Assembly: GCA_013166775.1 (NCBI GenBank)
Contig: JABLTJ010000007.1
Span: 1 to 64,000, forward strand
Length of the DNA: 64,000 nt
DNA from: Promethearchaeati archaeon
GTDB lineage: Archaea; Asgardarchaeota; Heimdallarchaeia; Heimdallarchaeales; Heimdallarchaeaceae
Direction: 5' to 3'
The notes beneath the pieces are model-generated. The model was not told the origin of the DNA. It saw only the letters and a program-made list of their open reading frames with translations, and did not search any database. Made by a program: the position numbers and the translations under genes. Shown here piece by piece: positions 20,833 to 30,193 of the stretch (positions within the stretch are counted from its first letter, which is position 1; the number at the start of each line of letters is the position of its first letter).

Positions 20833-21594
20833 TCAGAAGTTGTAGTCATTTGTTAATTTGGGATTATGGAATGGAGAGAATTGGAATAAGTGGTATGCTT
20901 CATAAACATCGTATGAAGTATATTGGGCATAATAATCCAGAAAAACTGTTCTATCAATTATTGAATTCAATTGAACTCTAAGATCAGTATCAAAGAAAAC
21001 ACGACCTTTCAAACAATTATAATTCAATACATCTGTTCTCATAGAAGGAACACCCCATTCATCAGAGGTTTCTGTTTCAAATTGAACAAATACTGATTCG
21101 TATTGTTTTATCCAAAGACGTTTTTCAACTATATTAAATGCATCAACCATCTTGTTTACGAAATCTTCATCATTTATCAGATCAGGATTAATCCATGTAG
21201 CTTCAATCCATCCATCCACAAGTATTTCAGTTTTAGTAAAAATCTTCTTGTCTGTATGTAGAAGTACAATACTGAGTATCCATGAAATGTATGCAATTTC
21301 AAGTATATCCATATCTTTAGGTAGAGTCATAAAAGGACCATAAATTAAGTCATAATCTTGTGTTTCATGTGCATACAAAGCCCAATCATCAAGAGTATCA
21401 ACATATATGGTATTTACTTCTAAACCTAGACTTTCGGTTTTTTCAATCATTTCATCAACGAGGACTTGCCTTTCTGGTTCCATTAACCAAATTACAAAAT
21501 CAACTACAGGAGTTGTAGTTTGTGCTGCGGGTAGCCAAGCGAAACCTACTAAGCCGATCAAAATCAAACTAAATATTAGTTTTTTGTGTTTCAT
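20833..21594 (-). CDS. Secreted protein resembling one permuted lobe of a family-5 solute-binding protein
   Basis: Signal peptide; ESLGLEVNTIYV...DW....DYDLIYG early; LNYN...FFDTDLRVQLNSIIDR late. Confidence 0.55.
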   Translation of the reverse strand: MKHKKLIFSLILIGLVGFAWLPAAQTTTPVVDFVIWLMEPERQVLVDEMIEKTESLGLEVNTIYVDTLDDWALYAHETQDYDLIYGPFMTLPKDMDILEIAYISWILSIVLLHTDKKIFTKTEILVDGWIEATWINPDLINDEDFVNKMVDAFNIVEKRLWIKQYESVFVQFETETSDEWGVPSMRTDVLNYNCLKGRVFFDTDLRVQLNSIIDRTVFLDYYAQYTSYDVYEAYHLFQFSPFHNPKLTNDYNF

Positions 21595-21725
21595 TTATTT
21601 CACCTCTGGAACCTTAAAGATTCCATTGAGTAAAAGAGAAATCGATTGCATAAAGCATATACGTGAAATTTAATAGTAAAACTATTTTGCAACTAATTTA
21701 AGTCATAGTTTCATTAGATTTCCAC

Positions 21726-23372
21726 TCATTCTCTTTTAATTTCATGTGAAATTATTTGAGTTAAATTGAAGAATAGAAGCATTACATAATAATATTCAAT
21801 ACTAAGATGGTTTTTTGCACAATAACCTGTTGATCTAGTTAGATAACTTTCATACTCTAATCTGATAGAAAACAATATATCTAGTGGATATTCAATAAGA
21901 CAATATGGATCCTCAGAATTAGCGGGACCATCGATAGAATAATTTCCAGAACCGATCCAATCAGACCAGAAGTTGCCTTCTTTTGTCATATTATCGTACC
22001 AGAGATTGCCTAAGCTTTCATCATATCCTTGACTTGTTCCACCCAAATTATTATCGATAAAGCTATTGTGATGAATTAAATTGTTGCTTGAATTTCCAAA
22101 TATAGATAAACCATAGAATTCAGCATTCTGAATTAGATTATTTGTAATATGATTTGAAACTGAATCAGTTAGGTGAATGCCTTCTTTATTTGTATCTATA
22201 GTGTTGTATTGCAGAGAACAATTCGAACTATCATAAATTTCGATCGTATAATTTTCGCTTTGCAACCAAAGATTGGATGAGATGTTAACTCTTTGAGAGC
22301 TTTCTACCCAACAACTACCATAATTATTGAAACCTTGATTGAAAAGAATAGAAACATCAGAAGAATATAAACAATAAATTGCATGACCAAGGATATATCC
22401 CGAATCGCTGTATCCAGCATGGTTGTATATTATATTGTTAGTGATAATACAATTATCAGAACTTTCAAGAAAAATACCATTACCAATATTTGAACCAATA
22501 GTATTTCCTGTCAGATTACAGAAAGGTGAATTATATAGATCAATTCCATGGCTTTCTAATACAAACCAATTTCTGTTTCTTAAACAAGTGTTATTTGTAA
22601 TTGTGGAATAAGGACTTGAGGTAAGAAGAATTCCTCTACGTTCATTTTCAATACATGTGTTGTTAACTAATGTAGAATAGGAGGACACACTGATTTGAAT
22701 TCCAAACCATTTGTTTGAACTACAAGTATTATTAACAAGTTTATTATTATCAGATTGAAATAGATAAATACCTGCACCACGAATAATACCTGTATTGTCA
22801 GTACATGTGTTATTGTATAGATAACACGAATTGGTTTCTTCAAGTTTAATTCCATAGAATTCGTAATTAGTACAAAGATTATTAGTTATATTGCAATAAG
22901 ATGAATCTGAGATAACTATACCACTACCAGTAGGACCTTTGTTATTGATACAAGTGTTATTTGAAATAACTACATAATCAGAGTTAGAGACATAAATACC
23001 AATTTCACTCTTAGAGAAGACATTATCATTAATGATAGCTCTTCCATCTGCTATATCATCAAAATAAATACCATATTCTTTTGCATTTAAGTAACAGTTT
23101 TGAATTATAAAATACTTGAGAGTATTTCTAATAAAAATGCTGTACTTACTATCTGTTGTGATGTTATAATTCTGAATAATATATGGATTATTCACACTCC
23201 CATCTCCTAAAAAGTCAAAGTCTCTGAAATCTTCATCTCTCCAAATTATGATTGGTTCGTGCGCTATTAACCGATCTTTTGTTTTTAGAATAACGTAAAG
23301 TGTGACAAAAGTAGATAAAACTATCACTAAACCTAAAGTGATACTAAGTATTATTTTGTTGTTTTTCTTCAC
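21726..23372 (-). CDS. Membrane-anchored right-handed beta-helix protein (NosD/CASH/PbH1)
   Basis: N-terminal TM; HEPIII..D.DF; G.GS..NPYIIQNY; repeated NNTC..N...GI.L; GNFWSDW. Confidence 0.85.
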   Translation of the reverse strand: MKKNNKIILSITLGLVIVLSTFVTLYVILKTKDRLIAHEPIIIWRDEDFRDFDFLGDGSVNNPYIIQNYNITTDSKYSIFIRNTLKYFIIQNCYLNAKEYGIYFDDIADGRAIINDNVFSKSEIGIYVSNSDYVVISNNTCINNKGPTGSGIVISDSSYCNITNNLCTNYEFYGIKLEETNSCYLYNNTCTDNTGIIRGAGIYLFQSDNNKLVNNTCSSNKWFGIQISVSSYSTLVNNTCIENERRGILLTSSPYSTITNNTCLRNRNWFVLESHGIDLYNSPFCNLTGNTIGSNIGNGIFLESSDNCIITNNIIYNHAGYSDSGYILGHAIYCLYSSDVSILFNQGFNNYGSCWVESSQRVNISSNLWLQSENYTIEIYDSSNCSLQYNTIDTNKEGIHLTDSVSNHITNNLIQNAEFYGLSIFGNSSNNLIHHNSFIDNNLGGTSQGYDESLGNLWYDNMTKEGNFWSDWIGSGNYSIDGPANSEDPYCLIEYPLDILFSIRLEYESYLTRSTGYCAKNHLSIEYYYVMLLFFNLTQIISHEIKRE

Positions 23373-23385
23373 TTTGTCATCATCT

Positions 23386-24483
23386 CTATATTGTTTTTTC
23401 CTCTTTTGAGATATTGGATTGATTTAATACCTCGGAATTTTGCAACTCTTCTGCAACTATTTTTTTTACCACTTTCTCTCCTTTCTTAGTCAAACTGACT
23501 TTGAACTCCCTGCCCCATTTTTCTTTTATAATCAAGCCATTTTCTTCTAACGGAGTCAGATTTCTTGAAGTTTTAGATTTTGAAAAATTTGTTATATTAA
23601 TTATTTCTTGTTGAGTAATTTTACCTTCTTTTTCATTGATTAGTTTCAACAATATTTGTTGATTTTTAGTAAGGTATATTTGTTCAATTTCTTCTTCTAA
23701 TTTGCTTGATCCTCTCTTCATCCACACATATACTAAAGAAGCTCCTAAAATTAGGCCAATAAATGGACCAACAACATAACCCCAGATTCTTGGGGATTCT
23801 GGTTCATCAAAAAGCATCCAAAACGGAACTAAGGTTGACTGTTCTAAACTCGCTATCTCCCATATTACTGCTAATTGGTTATTTGGCCATATTTTTGTAA
23901 AATCAATAGGAATACATGGAGGATTATTTCCTACTTCATGTAGAGAGCATCCTTCTGGTAGTCTAACTGAAAGTGTATAATTATTAGTAAAATATGTGAA
24001 GAATTTATTAAATTGAAATAGATAGTATGATGTTTCTTCTAAAACAAGTATTGGTAATGTCAATAATGTATATCTCAATTCAATTCTGATTTCACTACCC
24101 AATTTAAATTCAGATTCTAAACTAATATTGAGTAATTTTGTATTAGTGATATTTACAAATGAAAGTGGAATATTATTATCATCAATAATGCTTAGGTTGT
24201 GATGTGTTTGGTTTAATGAAATGCAAAGAAACATAGTGTCTTTCTGATTATTCTCTATGTCAATCTCTTCTTCAACATAAATATCATCAACATCAAACAT
24301 AAAGATGTATGTGGAATGTTTTACAACGGTAAAATTCCCCGAAGAAGACATAGAATTTTTTTCATGACATGAAGAGGTTTTGGAAATAGTCGTTTCTATC
24401 ATTCCACTACTGACTAGAATAGATAATAATAGAATAACTGATGTACAAATCAGTAATCTAAACAGTATGGAATTTCGTTTCAA
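23386..24483 (-). CDS. Single-pass membrane protein: extracellular domain, TM, cytoplasmic winged HTH (COG2512-like)
   Basis: Signal; TM IWGYVVGPFIGLILGASLVYVWM; LTKNQQILLKLI..EGKITQQEI....FSKSKTSRNL..LEENGLIIKEKWGR. Confidence 0.8.
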   Translation of the reverse strand: MKRNSILFRLLICTSVILLLSILVSSGMIETTISKTSSCHEKNSMSSSGNFTVVKHSTYIFMFDVDDIYVEEEIDIENNQKDTMFLCISLNQTHHNLSIIDDNNIPLSFVNITNTKLLNISLESEFKLGSEIRIELRYTLLTLPILVLEETSYYLFQFNKFFTYFTNNYTLSVRLPEGCSLHEVGNNPPCIPIDFTKIWPNNQLAVIWEIASLEQSTLVPFWMLFDEPESPRIWGYVVGPFIGLILGASLVYVWMKRGSSKLEEEIEQIYLTKNQQILLKLINEKEGKITQQEIINITNFSKSKTSRNLTPLEENGLIIKEKWGREFKVSLTKKGEKVVKKIVAEELQNSEVLNQSNISKEEKTI

Positions 24484-24648
24484 TAGTACGATATTGTTAC
24501 GATATCTTAAAAGAATTTCCTAGAATATTTTTGAATGTGTTTATTGACATTTCTAAGAGTTAGATAGAGATTCATGATTGATTTTAAAGTTCTTTAGTTC
24601 AGTATTTAGTTAATTTTCATAGAAGCACACAAAGTTTATATTTTTAAA

Positions 24649-26946
24649 TTGATTAATATATCTATGTTGTCTATTGGAATTCCAAGAAAGAGAAAAAAGC
24701 TGATTATATCACTCTTCTTTTCAATAATTATCTGTTCATCTATGATAAGTACTCAAAATATTGTGAAATCTGATGTACCCATGTGGTTAAACTTGACCTT
24801 AAAAACTAGTGTAGGAGGATGGGGAGTAAATCCTGATATTGCTCTGTATATTGCTGATTATTTAGAAGATATAGGAATTAAAGTTAATGTAATTATTGAA
24901 CCATGGGATGTTTTTCTATATGATACTCTTTTATCTACTCATGATTTTGATTTAGCACTTGTGGCTTCAACTGGAGTAGGAGAAACCCCAGATTGGCAGC
25001 ATTACTATAAGGAAGGAGGTTTTTTTACTTCTATCTTTGGTTTAACAAATGATATGCCTTACCAAAATATTAGTGAGGGGATGTTAGAAGAAGGACTTGA
25101 GATAACAAATTTTGAAGAAAGACAGCAGCACTATTATGATTGGCAACAACTAATGATGGATAAAATAATACCTCTGTATCCATTGTTTTCCTCTCCAGAT
25201 TTTGAAGCTACATGGGCAAACATCTTGGGGTATGAGGGTAAATGGGGAATTGTTGACTGTTTACCTTACATGAGCTATAGTGGATATCATGAAGGTCAAG
25301 AATCTCTTGATGAGTTTAATATAGAAACTAACTGGGTAGAATTGAATCCTTTATATAGACCTACCTGGGGCCTTCAGTTCGATCGTGAAAATACTAGAGT
25401 TTTAGACCTAATACACGAACCTATGATTCAATGGAGTCCAGAACAATTACCTATTAAAACTGGTCTTATTTATGATTGGACGAAGATAGATGATTGTCAC
25501 TACAAATTCTTCTTAAGAGATAACGTTTACTGGAATCCATCTTATAATGTCACAGATCGAGATGCTGGTTCAGATCCTTTGGATATAATTCCAGCTGGAG
25601 AATTGATGCTAGGATTGAAGAATTCTGAATATAGCGATGGGACTAATCAACAAGTTACAGCTAAAGATGTGGTTTTTACTCTATTAACTTTTGCAAATCC
25701 TAATGTTAGTTATGTTCCAGGATATATGGAAGTGTTTTCCGATATCTATGTTGACCCTTCTGATCCACTTGCTTTTCATCTTCATATTGACGGTAATCCA
25801 GAAACTCCTAAATTGGAACCATATGCTGATTTTTGGATGAGACTAATGGAAAGGATTATGCCAGAATTCTTCCTAAACTCGACAAATCCCGCGGTAACAT
25901 ATTCTCTTGGAGGTATCAAAACTGTTGGATTGTACGATGGCATTTGGAGTACTCCTCAATGGTTTGATTATAGTTATTCAGCTTTTGGCTGTGGAAAGTA
26001 CATGTTAGATTATGGTGGTCCCGATTCTTTATCTGTTTTTCAACGTAGTCCATTCTGGTTTGGTGTAGGTGCTATCGATGGTGCAACAGGTTTGACACCT
26101 TTTGTTCAAACAATAAATACTAACGTTTTTTCTAATGATGCTCAGTTAGCTGAATTTAAATCAGGAAAATTAGATTGGATGATTTTAAATCAATTTCCTG
26201 TAGATAGAAGGTTAATGGAAGATGACCCACGTTTTGATATTATTAAAGCTCTCGCACCAAACTTCAGTTATATGGTTTTCAATCTTCGAAGACCGTATAT
26301 AAGTGGTGACTGGAATTATTTTTTTAATCCAGATAAAACCAAAAAAGGCTATACTTTGGCTTGTTCTCTTCGAAAAGCGATTTGTTATGCTATCAACAAA
26401 GCAGAAATTAATGAGGAAGTCTTTGAAGAAGAAAAAATAATCGCAAATAGTGTTTTCTATCCTTACACTGAATATTACTATTACGATGACATAATCAAAT
26501 ATGATAGAGATTTAGAAGCATCTTATGATTGGTTGTATGTAAAGGATTATCTTCCAGACATCACAGTTACTGTAAAGAATCATGATAAAGTAGGTGAAGA
26601 TATGATTGTTAAAGCGCGTTATGATAATTCTTTTGATATTACTTCTTCCATTCTAAAGTATAGAGTTAACAATGGTACATGGATAAATGAAACAATGATT
26701 GTATCTTCGAAGAATTCTTATGAATTTAATATAGGAAAAGAGTATGAGAAGAACGATTTTATAGAATTATATGTTCAATTTCAATCTTCTGATGGAAGTT
26801 CATTCAATAGTCAAATATATTCATTTAACGTTGGAACACTTAATCCAATTCTCAAAGCTTCATTTCCAAAAGCAGTTGTTTCAGTTATTTCTTTGTTAAT
26901 GTTCGTGTTGGTAATTAGACGAATAAAGAAAAAAAGAAGAAACTGA
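24649..26946 (+). CDS. Circularly permuted family-5 (Opp/Dpp-type) substrate-binding protein with Ig-like domain and C-terminal anchor
   Basis: IADYLEDIGIKVNV..PW...DFDL and EERQQHYYDWQQLM..IPLYPL precede LNPL/VTAKDVVFT/GCGKY/LRKAICYAINK; C-terminal TM plus RRIKKKRRN. Confidence 0.8.
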   Translation: MINISMLSIGIPRKRKKLIISLFFSIIICSSMISTQNIVKSDVPMWLNLTLKTSVGGWGVNPDIALYIADYLEDIGIKVNVIIEPWDVFLYDTLLSTHDFDLALVASTGVGETPDWQHYYKEGGFFTSIFGLTNDMPYQNISEGMLEEGLEITNFEERQQHYYDWQQLMMDKIIPLYPLFSSPDFEATWANILGYEGKWGIVDCLPYMSYSGYHEGQESLDEFNIETNWVELNPLYRPTWGLQFDRENTRVLDLIHEPMIQWSPEQLPIKTGLIYDWTKIDDCHYKFFLRDNVYWNPSYNVTDRDAGSDPLDIIPAGELMLGLKNSEYSDGTNQQVTAKDVVFTLLTFANPNVSYVPGYMEVFSDIYVDPSDPLAFHLHIDGNPETPKLEPYADFWMRLMERIMPEFFLNSTNPAVTYSLGGIKTVGLYDGIWSTPQWFDYSYSAFGCGKYMLDYGGPDSLSVFQRSPFWFGVGAIDGATGLTPFVQTINTNVFSNDAQLAEFKSGKLDWMILNQFPVDRRLMEDDPRFDIIKALAPNFSYMVFNLRRPYISGDWNYFFNPDKTKKGYTLACSLRKAICYAINKAEINEEVFEEEKIIANSVFYPYTEYYYYDDIIKYDRDLEASYDWLYVKDYLPDITVTVKNHDKVGEDMIVKARYDNSFDITSSILKYRVNNGTWINETMIVSSKNSYEFNIGKEYEKNDFIELYVQFQSSDGSSFNSQIYSFNVGTLNPILKASFPKAVVSVISLLMFVLVIRRIKKKRRN

Positions 26947-26980
26947 GCTAAAACTTATTATCTTTATAGAACCATTTTGA

Positions 26981-28222
26981 TTGTTTATGAAGATTAATAA
27001 GAAAATAATATTCCTTATACTTTCTTTTGTTGCATATCTTCTTCTTAGTACATTAATAGAACCTAATCTAAGATTTTCTTATGATTATCTTATTCCATGG
27101 TATGCTGCTCTATATATCGTTAAGGGAGTTCCTCTTTATGAACAACCTATGTTTAAAGAGATAAACGGAGAGATAATACGATACCCATATCATTTACCAA
27201 TCTATATCTATTTTTTAGCAGTATTGATTTTCATTCTTGGAGAAAGTTTTATAGCAGGAAAGATTAGTCTCGTTATATTCATTTTCTGTGATGCGTTACT
27301 TCTAGAACACATATTAAAGAATGCTCAGAAGAATAATGAGGAGAAGAATAAGATCTTGGGATATTCATCTCTCATCTTCCTGTTGAATCCTGTAATAATC
27401 ATTACGACAATCAGTGGTTTATTCGATGGACTACCTCTATTATACCTGTTAACAGGGATTTTTTTCTTACAGAAGATTAACGAAGATAAGAACAAAAGAA
27501 ATTTGATTTTTAGTATTCTTTCAGGAATATCAATTGGTATTGGATTCTTAACAAAAGTTATTCCTTTAATTTTCTTACCAGTTGGTTTTTTATGGTTATT
27601 ATCAAAGAAGAAATACCTTGAAACAATTAGTTTTTCTTTAAGCTGTTTGGGAACATCAGGAGGTTTCCTTGCATATCTATGGCTCACATATGAAGATTTC
27701 AAAAGCTTGGGTTTGGGTTGGCAAGTGACGAGGGAAGATAAATCCTTCAGTTTTTACTATTATGTTTTCAATCTAGAATTTAGACCTGGATTAATTCTAT
27801 TGGGAGTAGGTTTAGGAGTTATCTCAATATTAATTATCTATTTCTTGGTCAAAAACGAAAAGCTAGATTTCATTATTATATCAGGTATTTTTTTAACTTC
27901 CTTTTTTATCTTCTATAGAGTCTTTTATCCACATTATCTTATCTGGATTGTCCCCTTCATCAGCTATCTTGGAATTATTTTCATTAATACTAAAAAAATG
28001 AAAATGTTCTACGTTTTAGTTGGTGTATTTCTGATAGAATTATTTTCAATTGGAGTCTACTATGTAGATTTTTTTAAATGGATAATTCTTGGAAAATCAC
28101 TTCTAATTACTGTATCTAGTATTAATCTAATATGTTTGGTTTTCTTTCTAGTATTGTTCTTCATCAATAGAAAAAGGGGATTTTCAACTCCAGCACAGTC
28201 AATCATAGTATCTACAGATTAG
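26981..28222 (+). CDS. GT-C glycosyltransferase (GT87/PIG-M-like)
   Basis: YPYHLPIY; LLNPVIIITTISGLFDGL; TKVIPLIFLP; PHYLIW; many TM. Confidence 0.7.
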   Translation: MFMKINKKIIFLILSFVAYLLLSTLIEPNLRFSYDYLIPWYAALYIVKGVPLYEQPMFKEINGEIIRYPYHLPIYIYFLAVLIFILGESFIAGKISLVIFIFCDALLLEHILKNAQKNNEEKNKILGYSSLIFLLNPVIIITTISGLFDGLPLLYLLTGIFFLQKINEDKNKRNLIFSILSGISIGIGFLTKVIPLIFLPVGFLWLLSKKKYLETISFSLSCLGTSGGFLAYLWLTYEDFKSLGLGWQVTREDKSFSFYYYVFNLEFRPGLILLGVGLGVISILIIYFLVKNEKLDFIIISGIFLTSFFIFYRVFYPHYLIWIVPFISYLGIIFINTKKMKMFYVLVGVFLIELFSIGVYYVDFFKWIILGKSLLITVSSINLICLVFFLVLFFINRKRGFSTPAQSIIVSTD

Positions 28223-28289
28223 ACAACTTCAATTTTCTAAAGGAGAAACTATTCAAATAGACAATTACTGCCTTATTTAGGAGAACAAT

Positions 28290-28694
28290 ATGAAGAACAA
28301 GAAAATACTGATTGGAATTAGTCTTATAGGTTTATTCTTGATAGCTATGCAGTTCTCTATAGCTCAACAACAAGAAGAAGCATACCAAGTATTTGCTGGA
28401 GAAGGATTCTTTGATAAAGGAATCTGTGAACAGGACCGCGATCAAGACCGTGATAGAACTTGTGACTGCGATTGTGACTGTGATTGTGGCTGCGAATGTG
28501 ATTGCAACCCAGATTGTGATCCAAACCAATTCCGTGATCAATTCCGCGATCAATTCCGTGATCAATTCCGTGATGGATCTTGTGATATAGAATTCTACGA
28601 TGCCTGTGATATCGATTGTGATTGCGACAAATACCGTGATCAAGATCGTGATCAAGATCGTGATCAACTCCGTAATAAAACTTGTACGATTTAA
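28290..28694 (+). CDS. Small secreted Cys/Asp/Arg-rich repeat protein
   Basis: SD GGAG; signal peptide; CDCDCDCDCGCECDC; (QFRD)4; RDQD repeats; T-rich terminator downstream. Confidence 0.7.
   Translation: MKNKKILIGISLIGLFLIAMQFSIAQQQEEAYQVFAGEGFFDKGICEQDRDQDRDRTCDCDCDCDCGCECDCNPDCDPNQFRDQFRDQFRDQFRDGSCDIEFYDACDIDCDCDKYRDQDRDQDRDQLRNKTCTI
28527..28574 (+). repeat. Coding tandem repeat, 4 x 12 nt CAATTCCG(T/C)GAT (QFRD)
   Basis: Direct reading; a related CGTGATCAAGAT array lies at 28635-28667. Confidence 0.9.
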
Positions 28695-28761
28695 TACAAT
28701 ATCTAAAGTAACCAACAATTACGATTTAACTGAATAAGAAACTAAATAACGCATTTGCTTG

Positions 28762-28784
28762 GTTTTCTTTTTTTTCTTTTTTTT
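28762..28784 (+). terminator. Archaeal oligo-T terminator
   Basis: Long T-rich run between convergent genes. Confidence 0.5.
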
Positions 28785-28796
28785 AATTGGCCAGTA

Positions 28797-30149
28797 TTAG
28801 ATATAATCGATTAAATCTCTCATTCGTTCTATTGTCTCAAAACCTTTTTTTGTTAATTCGAATTCTTTTCTCTTAGCTTTATTTTCAATTTCTGTTATAA
28901 TACCCTTTTCTTCTAATTCATTCAGATGCTGATAAATAGATTGCAGTGATTGAGATTTTCCAAGAGAAACCCAAATAGAATAACCATAAGTTGCCTTTTT
29001 ACCTGCAATAAGATTTAGAATCTCAAATTTAGTTGTAGAGCTTTCTGATAATCCCCAAACAACCTTCTTCTTCCCTCTTAGCTGTGCAGCGTAAATGTTC
29101 AAAGCATTGAATCCAGAGCCTGTCAGAATTGCTGCTGTTTTTGTACAATCAATCTCTTTCTCGTTAGTTAGTATTCGAGCGGCTGCTAATACTGATGCAG
29201 AAGAGGGTTCAATGAATAATCCTTCTTGTCTTGCAAGCGTTAGAGCTTCATCAATCATGACTCCTGCATTGATCTCTAACTCTTCTCCCTCTGTTTCTTT
29301 AACAAGTTTCTGAACCTCTTCAATCATATAGGGTTTCTTGATTTCTAGTGATTCAGCAAGATGAGCAATTTTCGTTTTCTCTAAAGAAATAGAATAAACT
29401 TTGGGGATTTTCTTTATCCATCCTGATTCTTTAGCATCTTCAAATCCTCTGTAAACCGAGAAAATAAGTGATCCTGATCCTCTTGGAACTATGATTGAAT
29501 CAATCATTTCTGATTGCAGAGCAATTTCTAACCCTATAGTTTTCTGACCTTCAATAGTCAGGATGTTTTGTTCAGGAGTAGCAAAGTAACCTTTCTCTTT
29601 AGCAGAAATAGTTTCTGATTCTTTAATAGCTTCATCAACAGTCTCCCCTTTCTCAATAACTAATCCACCATAGATTTTCATTTGTTCTATTTTTGATAAT
29701 TCCAAGTTATGGGGGACTACATTAGTTGAACTCAAACCAGCTTTTGCCGCATAAGCAGAGAGACTGATACTGAAAGACCCAGTACTCGCTCCAACGATTG
29801 TTTTAGCTTTCTTTTGAATTGCATCAGATACAATCAGTGAACATGCTCTATCTCTAAAAGTACCTGTTGGATTTCTGAATTCGAGTTTAACGTTTAATCC
29901 GCGTAAATCCTTATCTCTAGAAATCTGCAGGAAAGGTGTGTTTCCTTCTGCGAGTGTTACAATCTTCTCAAAATTAGGTAAGAAATCCATTATAGACCAC
30001 ATTGACGATAATGATATTTTTTCCTTCGTGGGTCCTTTTATAGCAGGGATTAATAATAGAGAATTACACTCAGGGCAGCGAAGGTAGGGCTCTTCAAAAT
30101 CTAGACTACAATTACTGCAATGAGGTTTCTCTTTCCACATTATAATCAC
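28797..30149 (-). CDS. Threonine synthase-like (PALP fold) protein lacking the PLP lysine, with N-terminal zinc ribbon and C-terminal wHTH (probable start ATG 30140)
   Basis: CSNC..CPEC; LAEGNTP; NPTGTFRDR (canonical NPTGSFKDR); EGQKTIGLEI; EPSSAS; C-terminal TYGYSIW...SIYQHLNELEEKGII...KEFELTKKG. Confidence 0.85.
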   Translation of the reverse strand: MIIMWKEKPHCSNCSLDFEEPYLRCPECNSLLLIPAIKGPTKEKISLSSMWSIMDFLPNFEKIVTLAEGNTPFLQISRDKDLRGLNVKLEFRNPTGTFRDRACSLIVSDAIQKKAKTIVGASTGSFSISLSAYAAKAGLSSTNVVPHNLELSKIEQMKIYGGLVIEKGETVDEAIKESETISAKEKGYFATPEQNILTIEGQKTIGLEIALQSEMIDSIIVPRGSGSLIFSVYRGFEDAKESGWIKKIPKVYSISLEKTKIAHLAESLEIKKPYMIEEVQKLVKETEGEELEINAGVMIDEALTLARQEGLFIEPSSASVLAAARILTNEKEIDCTKTAAILTGSGFNALNIYAAQLRGKKKVVWGLSESSTTKFEILNLIAGKKATYGYSIWVSLGKSQSLQSIYQHLNELEEKGIITEIENKAKRKEFELTKKGFETIERMRDLIDYI

Positions 30150-30193
30150 TTTTTGGAATTATAGAATATAACTCTATTTGTTAGCATTAACAT

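Noticed and set aside
28527-28667. Short repeats as a possible CRISPR array
   Set aside because: 12-nt head-to-tail units with no spacers, in frame within a CDS; no cas genes
28332-28718. 128-aa antisense ORF with ITEL repeats, and ORF 28393..28590
   Set aside because: Shadow frames of the repeat-rich 28290..28694 gene, which has the SD and signal peptide
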